Source: an uncultured Acidobacteriota bacterium
GTDB taxonomy: Bacteria; Acidobacteriota; Thermoanaerobaculia; Multivoradales; UBA5704
Assembly: GCA_963770895.1 (NCBI GenBank)
Contig: CAVYRF010000001.1
Span: 544,001 to 608,000 of the forward strand
DNA: 64,000 nt
Direction: 5' to 3'
In this document: piece after piece, positions 8,862 to 18,125 of the stretch
Layout: each line of letters starts with the position of its first letter
Position numbering within the stretch: position 1 is the stretch's first letter
Notes under the pieces: model-generated
The model's input: only the letters and a program-made list of their open reading frames with translations
What the model was told of the DNA's origin: nothing
The model's database searches: none
Made by a program: the position numbers and the translations under genes

Positions 8862-11800
8862 GGCGCCGGCACTTCGAGAGCTGCCGTCCTGGACAGGGCC
8901 GCGGCGCGCGCGGCGCCCAGCTGCGCGGCGAGCTCGGTCAGGCGCGTCGCCAGGCAGCGCGGCAGGCCGGGGCCGGTCGCGGCGGCGCGCGCCAGCCACG
9001 CCGCGGCCTGCTCGGCGGGCAGGCCCTGGCGGGCGGCATGCGTGGCCCAGGTGAGCACCGCGACGTGGGGCCGCCGGCTCGGCGCTTCCGGGTCCAGGAA
9101 CGCCGCCAGCGGCAGGACGCGGTGAGCCGCCAGCGCCGGCTGCGCCAGCCGCCGGTGCAGATCCGCGTCCGCCGCCTGGTAGCGCGCCACCGCCGCGCCC
9201 AGCCGCGCGACGCTCTGCCAGGCCGGGACTGCGCGGGCGCCACCCGCGGCGCGCGGCGCGCCAATGTCGCCCGTCGCTCGTGCGGCGCGAAGCAGCTCCG
9301 CCCGCGCCGCCCGGTACTCGGCCAGCGACGCGGCGCAGCCGTCCGGCCCGGCCCGGCCGTCCTGGCGCGCCGGCGGGTCCTGGTGCGGCGATGGCGCCGG
9401 CGCCGGTGGAGAGGTGGGTGCGGCGCGCGGATTGGTGCGCAGGGCACCGGCCGGCCGCTCGCTTTCCGCGGACGCCAAGCGCACGCTGGCGAGCAGCGCG
9501 ACGCCGGCGGCTAGCCGGTTGACCGCCTCTGGGGTCAGATCGCCGCGCCGCGCGCGGTCGACTGCCCAGGCCAGGCCGGGCAACGCGCCGTCGCGGCTCC
9601 GCGGCGCGGCGGGCGGCGAGCTGTCCAGGCGCAGCGCCAGGGCGCTTTCCGCCGCGCCATGGCGTGCCAGCGCCGCGTGCAGCTCGCCCGGCACCGGCAA
9701 GGTCGTGCAGGTTGGCGGCGTTTGCACCGCGGGCGTTCTTCGCTGCGCGGGCGCTGTCGGCGGCGCGGGCGTCGTTGGCGGCATGGGCGTCGTTTGCGGC
9801 ATTCGCGGCATTTGCAGCATCGGCGGTATTGCCGGCATGGGTGGCATGGGTGGTGTTGGCGGCTGCAGGGCCGCCACAACCTGGTGACCCGCGCGGCGCA
9901 ACACGGCGCGCGCCTGACGCCGGCCGGCCGCGTCGTGGTCGAGCGCGGCGCGGTTTTCGAGACCGTAGACCTGGAGGCCGGCGGCGCGGAAGCTCGCCAC
10001 GGCGGCGGCGGAAGGACCGTTGAGCAGCTCCGCGGCGGCGCGCTCGAACCGCTGCCGTGCCGCGGCCTGATGCGCCGGCGTTTGCCGCGGCGCCGGCCGC
10101 TCCGCGGCGGCGAGGCGCAGCAGCCGCGCGGCGCGGCCCAGCGCGGCGCCGCTGGGGCGCACGGCCAGGGTGGCTTCGACGCGCTCCAGGTCGCGTCCCA
10201 GCCGGTGGCGGCTCAGGGCGCAAAGCGCCACCGTCAGCTCGCGCTGCCAGGCGTCGGCGCGGCGCAGCCAGCGCAGGCTCCGCGGCTGCCGCCTGGGAGC
10301 GCGACGCGACGGAGAGCCGTAGCCGACCGCGACCACCGCTCGAGATTGCGGCGCCGTCAGCCCGGCGCTGGCCCGCGCCGGTGCCGCGGCCGCATCAGGC
10401 GCTGCGAGTGGACCGGGCACTCCGGGTGCCGCAGGCACACCGGGAGCCGGCGCCACGTCGGGCGGTCTGAGCGCAGCGGGCATCCCAGGCGCGATGGAGC
10501 CGTTGAGCGCAGCAGGTGGCGCCGCCAAGGGCGCCCCGGGCGGACCAGATCCTTCGGTCGCGCTTGGCGCCGCGGCCATGCCGGGTGCCGTGAGCTCGCC
10601 GAGTATCTCTGCCGGCGCCGTCCGTGGGCGCGGCGCGGCAGCAAGGGCCGCCTCTTGCCTGGCGTCGCGGGCGGCGACCAGCTGGCGCAGGGTGCGCTGC
10701 AGCTGCTCTTCGCGGGATTCGAGCGTCAGCTCGGCGGTCACCAGGGCGCCCAGCGCGCTCTGGCGGCGCCGCAGGCCGCCGGCGGTGTCGCGCGCCGCCG
10801 GGCTGCCGGCGGCCAGGGCGCCCAGGGCGGCCAGGCGGCGTGCCGCGTGGCGATGGGCGGCGAACAGCGCGGCGATCTCCGGTCCGGGCGGGCGCCTGGT
10901 GGTGAGGACCGGCGGCGCGCCGGCCGCGCCCGCGGCTGCCGCGCCAGGTGCGGCCGGCACGGCGGGGGGCTCGCGGTCGGAGAGGATCGGCGGCGCCGCG
11001 GGAAGCGACGGACGGAAGCCGTGCGCGGTGGCGAAGTCGTTCAGGCTGCCGCGCAGGCTGCGCCAGGCGGCGGCGGCTTCATGCAGCTGGTTGCCCGGTG
11101 CGGTGGCGGCAAGCGCGGCTGCCTGGTGGAAGCGTGCGGCGGCGGCCAGGGCGATCTCGCGCTGCCGCACGTAGCGCGCGATCTCGCCCGCGGCCAGACG
11201 CGGTGGCAGGGGCGCCTGGCCGACCAGGTCTTCGACCGCGCGCTCGGCCTGCCGCAGGCGGCGCCAGGAATCGACCAGTCTGCCGGCCTCCTGCAGGTCG
11301 CCGGCCAGGTCGCGCGCGGCGGCGCAGCGCGGGGCCAGCTGCTGCCTGGCGCGGGCGTGGTCGTCGCGGGCCAGGCCGAGCCGCAGCACCGCCTGTTCGA
11401 CGGCGGCGCGGTCGGCCCGCGGCGGCAGGGTCAGGCCCAGGCGGTTGGCGGCAAACCGTGTCGCCAGGTCGTCCAGCGCGGCGTGCCATGCGGCTCCGCC
11501 GTCGCCGTCCAGCGGCGCCAGCCCGGCGGCTCCGGCGGCCTCGACGCTCCCGGCGGCCCCGGTAACCCCGGCGGCTCCGGCGATCACCGCGCCGGTGTCC
11601 TGGATCGCCGCCCGCTCGGCCTCCGCGCGCGCCGCCTGCTCGTCCTGCCGGGCGCGCTGGCGCGCCTCCGCGGCGAGCGTGGCGGCGCGGGCGAAGACGC
11701 CTCCGGTCGCCGACAGCAGCCGGCTGACCGGCACGCTGTCCAGGTTGCCGAGCCGCCGCGCGAATGGCGACGGCAGCCCCGCCAGGTGGCCGAACGGCGG

Positions 11801-13144
11801 CGCCGCGGGCGGCGGGCCGGTGCCCAAAGCGCGCGCCGCCGCGGCGTCGAAGATGCGCCGCTCGCCGGCGGTCAGGGCCGCCGCGGCCGGGCCGCCGCGC
11901 AGCCACACCTCGCACGGCGCGTCGGCGCCGGCGCTCGCCGCCACCACCGCGGCCGCCTCGAAGCCGCGCTGGCGCGCCCGCGCCAGGCGGCCGGGCCGCA
12001 CCCCGGTCAGCAGCACCAGGCCGCACGTCTGCGCCGGCCGGATCAGCACTTCGGCGCCGCTGCGGCCGTCCTGGGCCAGGCGCGGCAGCTGCGCCAGCAG
12101 GCGGTCGCGCTCGCATTCCAGCCACAGCTCGCGGGTGCTGCCGCTGGCCGCGTCCAGCACCATGAGGTCGAAGCTCGGGCTGTGCAGCGCCGCCAGCTGG
12201 CTGCCGGCGGTCGCCAGCAGCGCCGCCTGGTCCGGGACGGCCGCGCCGGCGGCCGCCGGTGCCACGCCGGGGTCGGCGCCGGCGCCGGTAGCGCCAGCGG
12301 TGCGCGTGCCGCCGCCGTGGTCGCCGCGGTTGCCGGGGCGCGGCCCGCGCCCGCGGGCGGTGAAGCGATCGCGCGCCGCCAGGGCCAGAGGCAGATCGCG
12401 GACGGGATCGAAGCGCCAGCCGCGGCTGCGCTCCAGCTCGCGCCAGCGAAACAGCGGCCCCAGGCGATGGTCGCGAAAGTGGCGGCCGTCCAGCTCGTAG
12501 ACCATGGCATGCAGCGCGGCGCCCGCGGTCAGCAGCGGCAGCACCTCGACGCCGCGCCGCCGCAGTTCGGCGAAGTAGCTGGAGCAGCCGGTCGCGGCCC
12601 GTGCGGCGGCGGCGATGGCGCTCTGCAAACGGCGGGTCAGCGGCGCCGGCGCGCCGCTCGGCGGCCGCCGTGCCTCGCCGCCGGTGAGCGCGCCGACGCC
12701 CAGGTTCTCGGTCGGCCGCAGGCCGTAGTCGCGCTCGATCCGTGCCTTGACCTGCGCCACGACGGGCAGGGACGGGCCGGTGGCCTGGCAGCGCCCAAAG
12801 TAGGAGATCTCGCAGGCCAGGACGTGGACGTGGCCGTGGCCGGAATCGCGATGCCGATAGACCACGTAGGGGCAGCTCCAGCAGCAGAACGCGCACAGCA
12901 GGCGCTCGACCACCGCGCACCACTGGTGGTCGGCCAGGTGCTCGTCCGGCGCCAGGCGCAGCGCCAGGTGGCGGATCGCGTGGCGCCGGCTCCGCTGCAG
13001 CGCCATCACCAGCTGGAATTCGCCCACCAGCTCGGCGGCGTTGACGCCCGCCATGTTGCCGCCGATGCGCACCGCGCCCGCCTGGCCGGTGACGTACTCG
13101 ACGCTGCGCGCCGCGTCGGCGCTGCGCGCCAGCCGCAGGATCAT
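8858..13144 (-). CDS. MOB-P-type relaxase fused to a RepB'-like primase domain and a long Ala/Arg-rich tail
   Basis: N-terminal EY (Tyr17), IGGNM, HLALRLAPDEHL, 3H motif HRDSGHGHVH, IERDYGL. Central region (~12232-11610) resembles RSF1010 RepB'. Confidence 0.85.
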   Translation of the reverse strand: MILRLARSADAARSVEYVTGQAGAVRIGGNMAGVNAAELVGEFQLVMALQRSRRHAIRHLALRLAPDEHLADHQWCAVVERLLCAFCCWSCPYVVYRHRDSGHGHVHVLACEISYFGRCQATGPSLPVVAQVKARIERDYGLRPTENLGVGALTGGEARRPPSGAPAPLTRRLQSAIAAAARAATGCSSYFAELRRRGVEVLPLLTAGAALHAMVYELDGRHFRDHRLGPLFRWRELERSRGWRFDPVRDLPLALAARDRFTARGRGPRPGNRGDHGGGTRTAGATGAGADPGVAPAAAGAAVPDQAALLATAGSQLAALHSPSFDLMVLDAASGSTRELWLECERDRLLAQLPRLAQDGRSGAEVLIRPAQTCGLVLLTGVRPGRLARARQRGFEAAAVVAASAGADAPCEVWLRGGPAAAALTAGERRIFDAAAARALGTGPPPAAPPFGHLAGLPSPFARRLGNLDSVPVSRLLSATGGVFARAATLAAEARQRARQDEQAARAEAERAAIQDTGAVIAGAAGVTGAAGSVEAAGAAGLAPLDGDGGAAWHAALDDLATRFAANRLGLTLPPRADRAAVEQAVLRLGLARDDHARARQQLAPRCAAARDLAGDLQEAGRLVDSWRRLRQAERAVEDLVGQAPLPPRLAAGEIARYVRQREIALAAAARFHQAAALAATAPGNQLHEAAAAWRSLRGSLNDFATAHGFRPSLPAAPPILSDREPPAVPAAPGAAAAGAAGAPPVLTTRRPPGPEIAALFAAHRHAARRLAALGALAAGSPAARDTAGGLRRRQSALGALVTAELTLESREEQLQRTLRQLVAARDARQEAALAAAPRPRTAPAEILGELTAPGMAAAPSATEGSGPPGAPLAAPPAALNGSIAPGMPAALRPPDVAPAPGVPAAPGVPGPLAAPDAAAAPARASAGLTAPQSRAVVAVGYGSPSRRAPRRQPRSLRWLRRADAWQRELTVALCALSRHRLGRDLERVEATLAVRPSGAALGRAARLLRLAAAERPAPRQTPAHQAAARQRFERAAAELLNGPSAAAVASFRAAGLQVYGLENRAALDHDAAGRRQARAVLRRAGHQVVAALQPPTPPMPPMPAIPPMLQMPRMPQTTPMPPTTPAPPTAPAQRRTPAVQTPPTCTTLPVPGELHAALARHGAAESALALRLDSSPPAAPRSRDGALPGLAWAVDRARRGDLTPEAVNRLAAGVALLASVRLASAESERPAGALRTNPRAAPTSPPAPAPSPHQDPPARQDGRAGPDGCAASLAEYRAARAELLRAARATGDIGAPRAAGGARAVPAWQSVARLGAAVARYQAADADLHRRLAQPALAAHRVLPLAAFLDPEAPSRRPHVAVLTWATHAARQGLPAEQAAAWLARAAATGPGLPRCLATRLTELAAQLGAARAAALSRTAALEVPAP

Positions 13145-13500
13145 GGCCGGTCTCCGGCTTCGGCGCGGCGCGGGGCAGCTGCAGCTGCCGCAAAGCCGAG
13201 CAGCCGGCGGCGGGCGACGACGACGGCATCGGCGATGCGCTCCACCAGGGCAAGATTTTCGGCGCCGCCGCCCCCCTGGCGCGCCAGGCTCGCCGCCAGC
13301 TCCGCCAGCGCCTGGCCGATCTCCGCCAGGCTGCCGGCGACCGCGGCCGCGGCGACCGGCGCCGCCGGCGGCGGCTCGCCGCCGTCCAGGGCCGCCGCGC
13401 GCAAGTACGCCGACAGCGACAGGTGGGCGCGGCGCGCCCGGCTGCGCAAGCGCAGGAGCTGTTCGGGGGGCAACCTGAAACTGATTCCGGCGGAACGCAT
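13141..13500 (-). CDS. mobC: MobC-like relaxosome accessory protein (ribbon-helix-helix)
   Basis: ISFRLPPEQLLRLRSRARRAHLSLSAYLRAAAL; stop overlaps the relaxase start; TAGATT box 7 nt upstream of ATG 13500. Confidence 0.8.
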   Translation of the reverse strand: MRSAGISFRLPPEQLLRLRSRARRAHLSLSAYLRAAALDGGEPPPAAPVAAAAVAGSLAEIGQALAELAASLARQGGGGAENLALVERIADAVVVARRRLLGFAAAAAAPRRAEAGDRP

Positions 13501-13553
13501 GCCGCCCAATCTAGACCGCCGGCCGCTTGCAACGGAGGGAGGGGCGGCGGGGC

Positions 13554-13571
13554 ATTTTCACGCGTGAAAAT
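13554..13571. promoter_or_regulatory. Perfect 18-bp palindrome ATTTTCACGCGTGAAAAT, copy 1 (operator/oriT-like site)
   Basis: Self-reverse-complementary and AT-rich in a GC-rich background; lies just upstream of the mobC promoter; recurs at 32590-32607. Confidence 0.7.
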
Positions 13572-13663
13572 AGTGACGATGCGATGTGGCGGTGCGCAAC
13601 GACAGAGGATGCGCAGTCCTGTGCCTGCAACGGCGGCAGCGCGGCGCCGCCCGCCCCGGTGCT

Positions 13664-15334
13664 TCAGTCGCCGCCGGTGAGACCCTGCCGGCCGGCGACC
13701 AGCAGGCGGTCGGCCAGCAGCTGCAGGTCGGCGATCAGGGGAGACCGGTCACCCTTGCTTGTGACTTCTCCCTGCTCTCTCTGATCCTTCTGATCTCTCG
13801 GACCTCTCCGATCGCTCTGATCTCGCTGGTTTCTCTGATCTTCCAGGTTTTCCTGTTCTCCCTGGCCTCCCTGGCGTCCCTGGTCGCCGGCGTAGATCGC
13901 GTCGCTCGCAGCGCCTGTATAGCCTGGATTGAAGGTATGGGCGGCAGGGGCGGCATGAGTGGCATCGGCGACATTGCCGGCATCGCCGGCGAGCGGCGCC
14001 AAACAAGCCGGCAGCGCCAATCCCAACGGCACACGCAACTCGCGGTGCGCCACGGTGAGCGCGGCGCCGCGGTCGCCCGCGGCGTCGCCATCCATGTCGA
14101 TCGCGGCCAGGCGCCGTGCCCGCGCCGCGGCGGCCGGACAGCCGGGGAAGGCGGCCAGCAGGTCGGCGGCCAGGTCGGCGCTGCGGCCTGGGTGCTGCGC
14201 CCGCAGGCGCAGCTGCGCCTGCTCGAGCGAGCAGGCGGCGGCCTCGGCCAGGCTGCCGGTGCACAACAGGGCGCGGCGCGCCCGGTCGAGCATCGCCTCC
14301 GCCGGCTCGTATTGGCGGTCGAGGGCGGCGATGCGCGCCTCCCACCACAGCCGGAAGGCTTCCTCGCCGGCATCCGCGGCGGCGGCGTAGAGGCCGCGTG
14401 CGGCGCGCAGGCGCTCCCGCGCCTGCTGGCAGTGCCCGGCCAGGGCGTTGCACCAGGCGAGCGCCAGTGCGGCGCGGGCGGCGAGGGCCGGCGCCAGCTC
14501 GGCGTCGATCTGCAGGTGCCCCAGGCTGAGCTCGACGGCGGCCTGCGCGGGGAGCCCCTGCGCCACCAGCACGAATCCCGCCTGCACCCGGCAGGCAGCC
14601 TCGCCCTGGCGCTCGGCGGCGCCGGCGAAGAGGCGCGCCGCCTGGACGAACAGGCCGGCGGCATCGTCCAGCCGCGCCGCCTGCCAGGCGAGCTGCGCGC
14701 CGGCGCCGAACAGCGCGGCGCGCTCTTCGTCGGCGTCGGCCGGCGCCGCTGCAACGAACAGGAGGGCAGACCGATACGCCGCGCCGGCCGCTGCCGGCGC
14801 CCCCCGGCGAACGCGGCCGCGGGCCAGGTGCCAGAAGCCGCGCAGCAGCACCTTGAGGTGGCGCCCGTCGGGTTCCAGGACCCACGGCGTCAGAATGTCG
14901 ATGGCGGTCTGCGCCAGCCGTTCGCCGTACGCGGGATCGTCCAGGGCCTGGTCGGCGCGGGCCAGCAGGGCGCGCGCCACCAGCGGCGGTGGCGCATCCA
15001 GGGCGGCCGCTGGCGCCGCGGCGTCGCCGGCAAGCCCGAGATCCGCGGTCACGGCTGGTACCGCGTCGACCACGGCTGGGGCCGACAGGGCGATGCTGGC
15101 GGGGGCCGGCAGGGCGACTCCGGCGGGGGCCGGCAGGGCGATTCCGGCGGAGGCCGGCCGGGCGATTCCGGCGGAGGCCGGCCGGGCGGCAGAGGCAGGG
15201 ACAAGCTGGTCGGCGCGGGCGAAGGCGGCGCGGATCCGGCGCGCCATCTGGACCAGGTCGAGCGCCGCGATGCCGTCGCAGGCGCCGAGCGCGCCGGCTG
15301 CGTCGTGGGCGGATCGATGCCCGAGCGTCTTCAT
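13664..15334 (-). CDS. TPR-like helical-repeat protein (divergent paralog 1, no zinc finger)
   Basis: GGAGAGG RBS; Ala/Leu helical repeats; shares ALLARA...LA and WWEARIA...AEAMLDRARRALL with the other paralogs; low-complexity PAPAGVAL repeats and a DQR-rich tail. Confidence 0.7.
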   Translation of the reverse strand: MKTLGHRSAHDAAGALGACDGIAALDLVQMARRIRAAFARADQLVPASAARPASAGIARPASAGIALPAPAGVALPAPASIALSAPAVVDAVPAVTADLGLAGDAAAPAAALDAPPPLVARALLARADQALDDPAYGERLAQTAIDILTPWVLEPDGRHLKVLLRGFWHLARGRVRRGAPAAAGAAYRSALLFVAAAPADADEERAALFGAGAQLAWQAARLDDAAGLFVQAARLFAGAAERQGEAACRVQAGFVLVAQGLPAQAAVELSLGHLQIDAELAPALAARAALALAWCNALAGHCQQARERLRAARGLYAAAADAGEEAFRLWWEARIAALDRQYEPAEAMLDRARRALLCTGSLAEAAACSLEQAQLRLRAQHPGRSADLAADLLAAFPGCPAAAARARRLAAIDMDGDAAGDRGAALTVAHRELRVPLGLALPACLAPLAGDAGNVADATHAAPAAHTFNPGYTGAASDAIYAGDQGRQGGQGEQENLEDQRNQRDQSDRRGPRDQKDQREQGEVTSKGDRSPLIADLQLLADRLLVAGRQGLTGGD

Positions 15335-15584
15335 CTGGTTCCTCTCCGCAAAACCACATCACCCAATCCGGCAGCGTGGAGCCCGCGCGTCCGCCAGAAG
15401 GCGCATCGAAGTGTCACACCAGAGACAAATTCTTACAACATATAAGGCAATTCGTCAAATCGACATCATTGAAGTCGGGCATTTGCCCAGAATTCATGTC
15501 CTCCTTCGCGGCATGATTTGTTGCCGCAGCGGTCACGTTAGTCCTTAACTCGCGCACCTATTAAAGCAAGGCCGCCGGGGTCGG

Positions 15585-15613
15585 TTGACTTGATTGCGCG
15601 CTTGCGTTAAAAG
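15585..15613 (+). promoter_or_regulatory. Possible sigma70 promoter for the peptide gene (TTGACT-N17-TAAAAG)
   Basis: Lies in the AT-rich divergent spacer 15400-15630; -35 matches 5/6, -10 matches 4/6. Confidence 0.35.
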
Positions 15614-15737
15614 TTCAACTTAGGCGATGCGGGCGACATCTGGTTTCGCGACCGGCCGGCAACTCGGGTACGAATGCCGTGGGCGGGCGCGGCCATGTCC
15701 GGTCGCGTCCGGCCTGCGGAGTAGGGAGGGATCTCTC

Positions 15738-16070
15738 ATGTCAAAGTCAGGATTTCGGGTCAGTGTTGTCGTCCTTGCTCTCGCCCTGGCGGCGTCGATG
15801 GTGAGTCCAGGGCAGGCTGCCCAGCGTGCGGCGGCGGCGTCGCAGCCGGCCTCTCACTCATTGCTGGATCGCCTGGTCGAAGGCCTGCCAAGCGGCCTTT
15901 TGCGCCTGCTCGGCCTGCCGGAGCCCGCGGCGCGCGGTGCGTCCGGCGCGCACGTGACCAAAGGCGCGACCGGAGCGGGCAGGGTGTTGGCGTCGCCGAC
16001 GTCCACGGCCAGCTCCGGCGCGGGCAGCAATCCCAACGACTCGGGCGCCTGGATCGATCCAAACGGCTGA
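15738..16070 (+). CDS. Small secreted protein / candidate signalling-peptide precursor 1 (110 aa, ends NDSGAWIDPNG)
   Basis: AGGGAGGG RBS; Sec signal MSKSGFRVSVVVLALALAASMVSPGQA; amphipathic SLLDRLVEGLPSGLLRLLG; Gly/Ser linker; distinctive C-terminus. Confidence 0.8.
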   Translation: MSKSGFRVSVVVLALALAASMVSPGQAAQRAAAASQPASHSLLDRLVEGLPSGLLRLLGLPEPAARGASGAHVTKGATGAGRVLASPTSTASSGAGSNPNDSGAWIDPNG

Positions 16071-16110
16071 GCGTGGCAACGACCGCGGCAAGCTGCGCAG
16101 CGGTTTCCGT

Positions 16111-16156
16111 CCAGAGCTCCTTGGGCAGGGGGCAATGTGCCCCTGCCCGCCTCTGG
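16111..16156 (+). terminator. GC-rich hairpin between the peptide gene and the ZAS-TPR gene
   Basis: gggcagggg (16123-16131) pairs with cccctgccc (16140-16148); outer ccagag pairs with ctctgg. No U-tract, so it may be a stabiliser or attenuator. Confidence 0.45.
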
Positions 16157-16229
16157 GCAAGGCAATACAGTTTGTGAGAGAATATTGAGCAGCGCAAGTA
16201 TCCTGATTACCTGGGAGGGAAACTTGAGC

Positions 16230-17606
16230 ATGCACGAAGAGCACCCATCTGATGCAGTTTTGCAGCGCTTCGTCCGCGGCGAGCTGACCCGCGACGCCGC
16301 CAAGGCGGTGGTCGCGCACCTGCTCGCAAAGTGCGACGTGTGCCTTGCCCACATTGAAACGCTGGAAATCGAGGCGCGCTGTCACGTCTCCCTGCCTGGC
16401 CGGCGTGCAGCCCCCGATCCGACCTCCGAAAGCGCGTACGACATGGCGATCGATCGCGCTGTCGCGGGTCTGTTCCTGCACGGCGACGGGGTGCTGCAGA
16501 AAAAGCAGCAGGCCGGGCAGCTCAAGCAGCTGCTGGCCCAGGGAGGTCTGCGCAAGGCGCGCGAGCATCCGATGTGGGGTGCCACCTTCGCGGCGTACGA
16601 CGCCCTGCTCAGCCGCGCCTGGGAGATCCGCTATGCCCGCATCGGGGAAATGATCGAGCTCACGCGGCTCGCCTGTTTCGTCGCACCCAAGCTCGGGCGC
16701 GAGGGGTACACCCCGCGCCAGGTCGCGGACTTCAGTGCCAGGGCCTGGGGCGAACACGGCAATGCGCTGCGTATCGCCGACCGCTTCGGCGAAGCCGAAG
16801 AGTGCCTGGACCGGGCGATCAGCTGCTGGCTCGAAGGGACGCGCGATCGCTTCCAGCAGGCCCGCCTGATGCATTTCACCGCCTCCCTGCTGGGCGATCA
16901 GCGGCGCATCGCGGAGGCGACGCAGTACATGACCGAGGTGTGCGACCTCTACCTCGACCTGGGAGATCGCCACAGCGCCGGCAAGGCCGTGGTCAACCTG
17001 AGCCTGTACGTCGGCGAAACCGGGGATGCCGTCGAAGCGACGCGGTTGGCCGACCGTGCGCTGTCGCTCCTCGATCCGCGGCAGGAACCCGAGCTGCAGG
17101 CCTTCGCCCTCTACAACAAGCTGCACTTCCTGGTGGAGGGGGGGAGCTTCCGCGAAGCGCGTTCCGGTCTCTGGAAGCACCGCCGTCAGATCGCGGAGCT
17201 AGGCCAGGCCGGTCAGATCAACAACGTCAAACTGTCGTACCTGGAGGGCCGCATCAACGCCGGGCTGGGGGAACTGGACCGGGCCGAGCGCCAACTGAAA
17301 CAGGCGCTGGCGGACCTTGAAGCCAAGGAGATCCCGCTGTTGCAGTCGATCGTCTCGCTGGAGCTGGCCGCGGTCTGGATGCTGCAGGGACGCGCCGAAG
17401 AGGCACGCGCCCTGGCCGTGGAGACGGCGGACCGCCTGTTGCGTCTGGGTCTCGCCGGCGAAGCCGCCAGGGCCCTCCCCATCCTGCGCCGCGCGCTGGA
17501 GCGCCAGGCCGTCACGGTGGGCCTGTTCCACGACGTCGTGCGCTTCCTGCGGCGCGAAGACCACGCCTCCTACGCGCGCTTGAGCCACGACCGCTGCAGC
17601 GGCTAG
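16230..17606 (+). CDS. zf-HC2 (ZAS anti-sigma-like) + TPR protein (paralog 2)
   Basis: GGGAGGGA RBS; MHEEHPSDAVLQRFVRGELTRDAAKAVVAHLLAKCDVC; then ALLSRAWEIRY, DFSARAWGEHGNALRI, YLEGRINAGLG, VSLELAAVW. Confidence 0.85.
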   Translation: MHEEHPSDAVLQRFVRGELTRDAAKAVVAHLLAKCDVCLAHIETLEIEARCHVSLPGRRAAPDPTSESAYDMAIDRAVAGLFLHGDGVLQKKQQAGQLKQLLAQGGLRKAREHPMWGATFAAYDALLSRAWEIRYARIGEMIELTRLACFVAPKLGREGYTPRQVADFSARAWGEHGNALRIADRFGEAEECLDRAISCWLEGTRDRFQQARLMHFTASLLGDQRRIAEATQYMTEVCDLYLDLGDRHSAGKAVVNLSLYVGETGDAVEATRLADRALSLLDPRQEPELQAFALYNKLHFLVEGGSFREARSGLWKHRRQIAELGQAGQINNVKLSYLEGRINAGLGELDRAERQLKQALADLEAKEIPLLQSIVSLELAAVWMLQGRAEEARALAVETADRLLRLGLAGEAARALPILRRALERQAVTVGLFHDVVRFLRREDHASYARLSHDRCSG

Positions 17607-17623
17607 TACAGGTAAAGCCGGCC

Positions 17624-17695
17624 GATCGGCCGGCAGGGTGCAGGCAAGGTGGTGAACGTCGATCGCCGGCAGGGTGCCGGCAGGTGGTGAACGTC
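17624..17695. repeat. Imperfect tandem duplication (~36 bp x 2) between convergent genes
   Basis: gatcggccggcagggtgcaggcaaggtggtgaacgtc followed by gatcgccggcagggtgccggcaggtggtgaacgtc. Confidence 0.8.
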
Positions 17696-18125
17696 AGTCG
17701 CGCTCGGTCGCGGCGCCCTCGCGCTCACCGCGATCGCCGCGCTCACCCCTCTCACCCCTCTCATCCCTCTCACCCCTCTCACCCCTCTCACCCCTCTCAG
17801 GCATCGAGTGCGGCATGTCGGCCGCGCGCAAAGCGGTGAGCAGCTCCACCTGGGTGTTGATCTTGCGCACCAGCGCGCTGGGTTCGGGACTGCTGGCAAA
17901 GACCATCTTCATCACTTCCAGGGGGTGGATCTCGATCGCGTCGGCGAGCTCGAACAGCTGCCCGATCTTCAAGCTGGCATCGCCTTGCAGCACGCGCCGG
18001 ACCAGGTATTCACGCCCGTTGTGAAGGCGCCGGCCGATCTCCCGCTGGGTGAGTCCGGAGAGCCCGATCAGCGTCTGCAGCACCTCAAGAACTCGCTGGA
18101 CTCTGGGGTCGTCGTTCTCGCGCAT
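17694..18125 (-). CDS. XRE-family HTH regulator with an (ERG)n tail
   Basis: LQTLIGLSGLTQREIGRRL...VRRVLQGDASLKIGQLFELADAIEIHP; a 9-bp ctcacccct microsatellite encodes the tail. Confidence 0.8.
   Translation of the reverse strand: MRENDDPRVQRVLEVLQTLIGLSGLTQREIGRRLHNGREYLVRRVLQGDASLKIGQLFELADAIEIHPLEVMKMVFASSPEPSALVRKINTQVELLTALRAADMPHSMPERGERGERGERDERGERGERGDRGEREGAATERD

Larger units (their letters stand above)
5743..13600 (-). mobile_element. Mobilisation module mobC-relaxase-traF-virD4 (IME- or plasmid-derived; boundaries not definable)
   Basis: Four co-oriented genes joined by ATGA stop/start overlaps at 13141-13144, 8858-8861 and 8028-8031. No integrase, att sites or VirB/Trb genes seen in the window. 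Confidence 0.65.

Noticed and set aside
13575-13660. Exact oriT nic site
   Set aside because: Only partial similarity (catcct, gtcctg) to the RP4-type YATCCTG motif; it cannot be placed with confidence.
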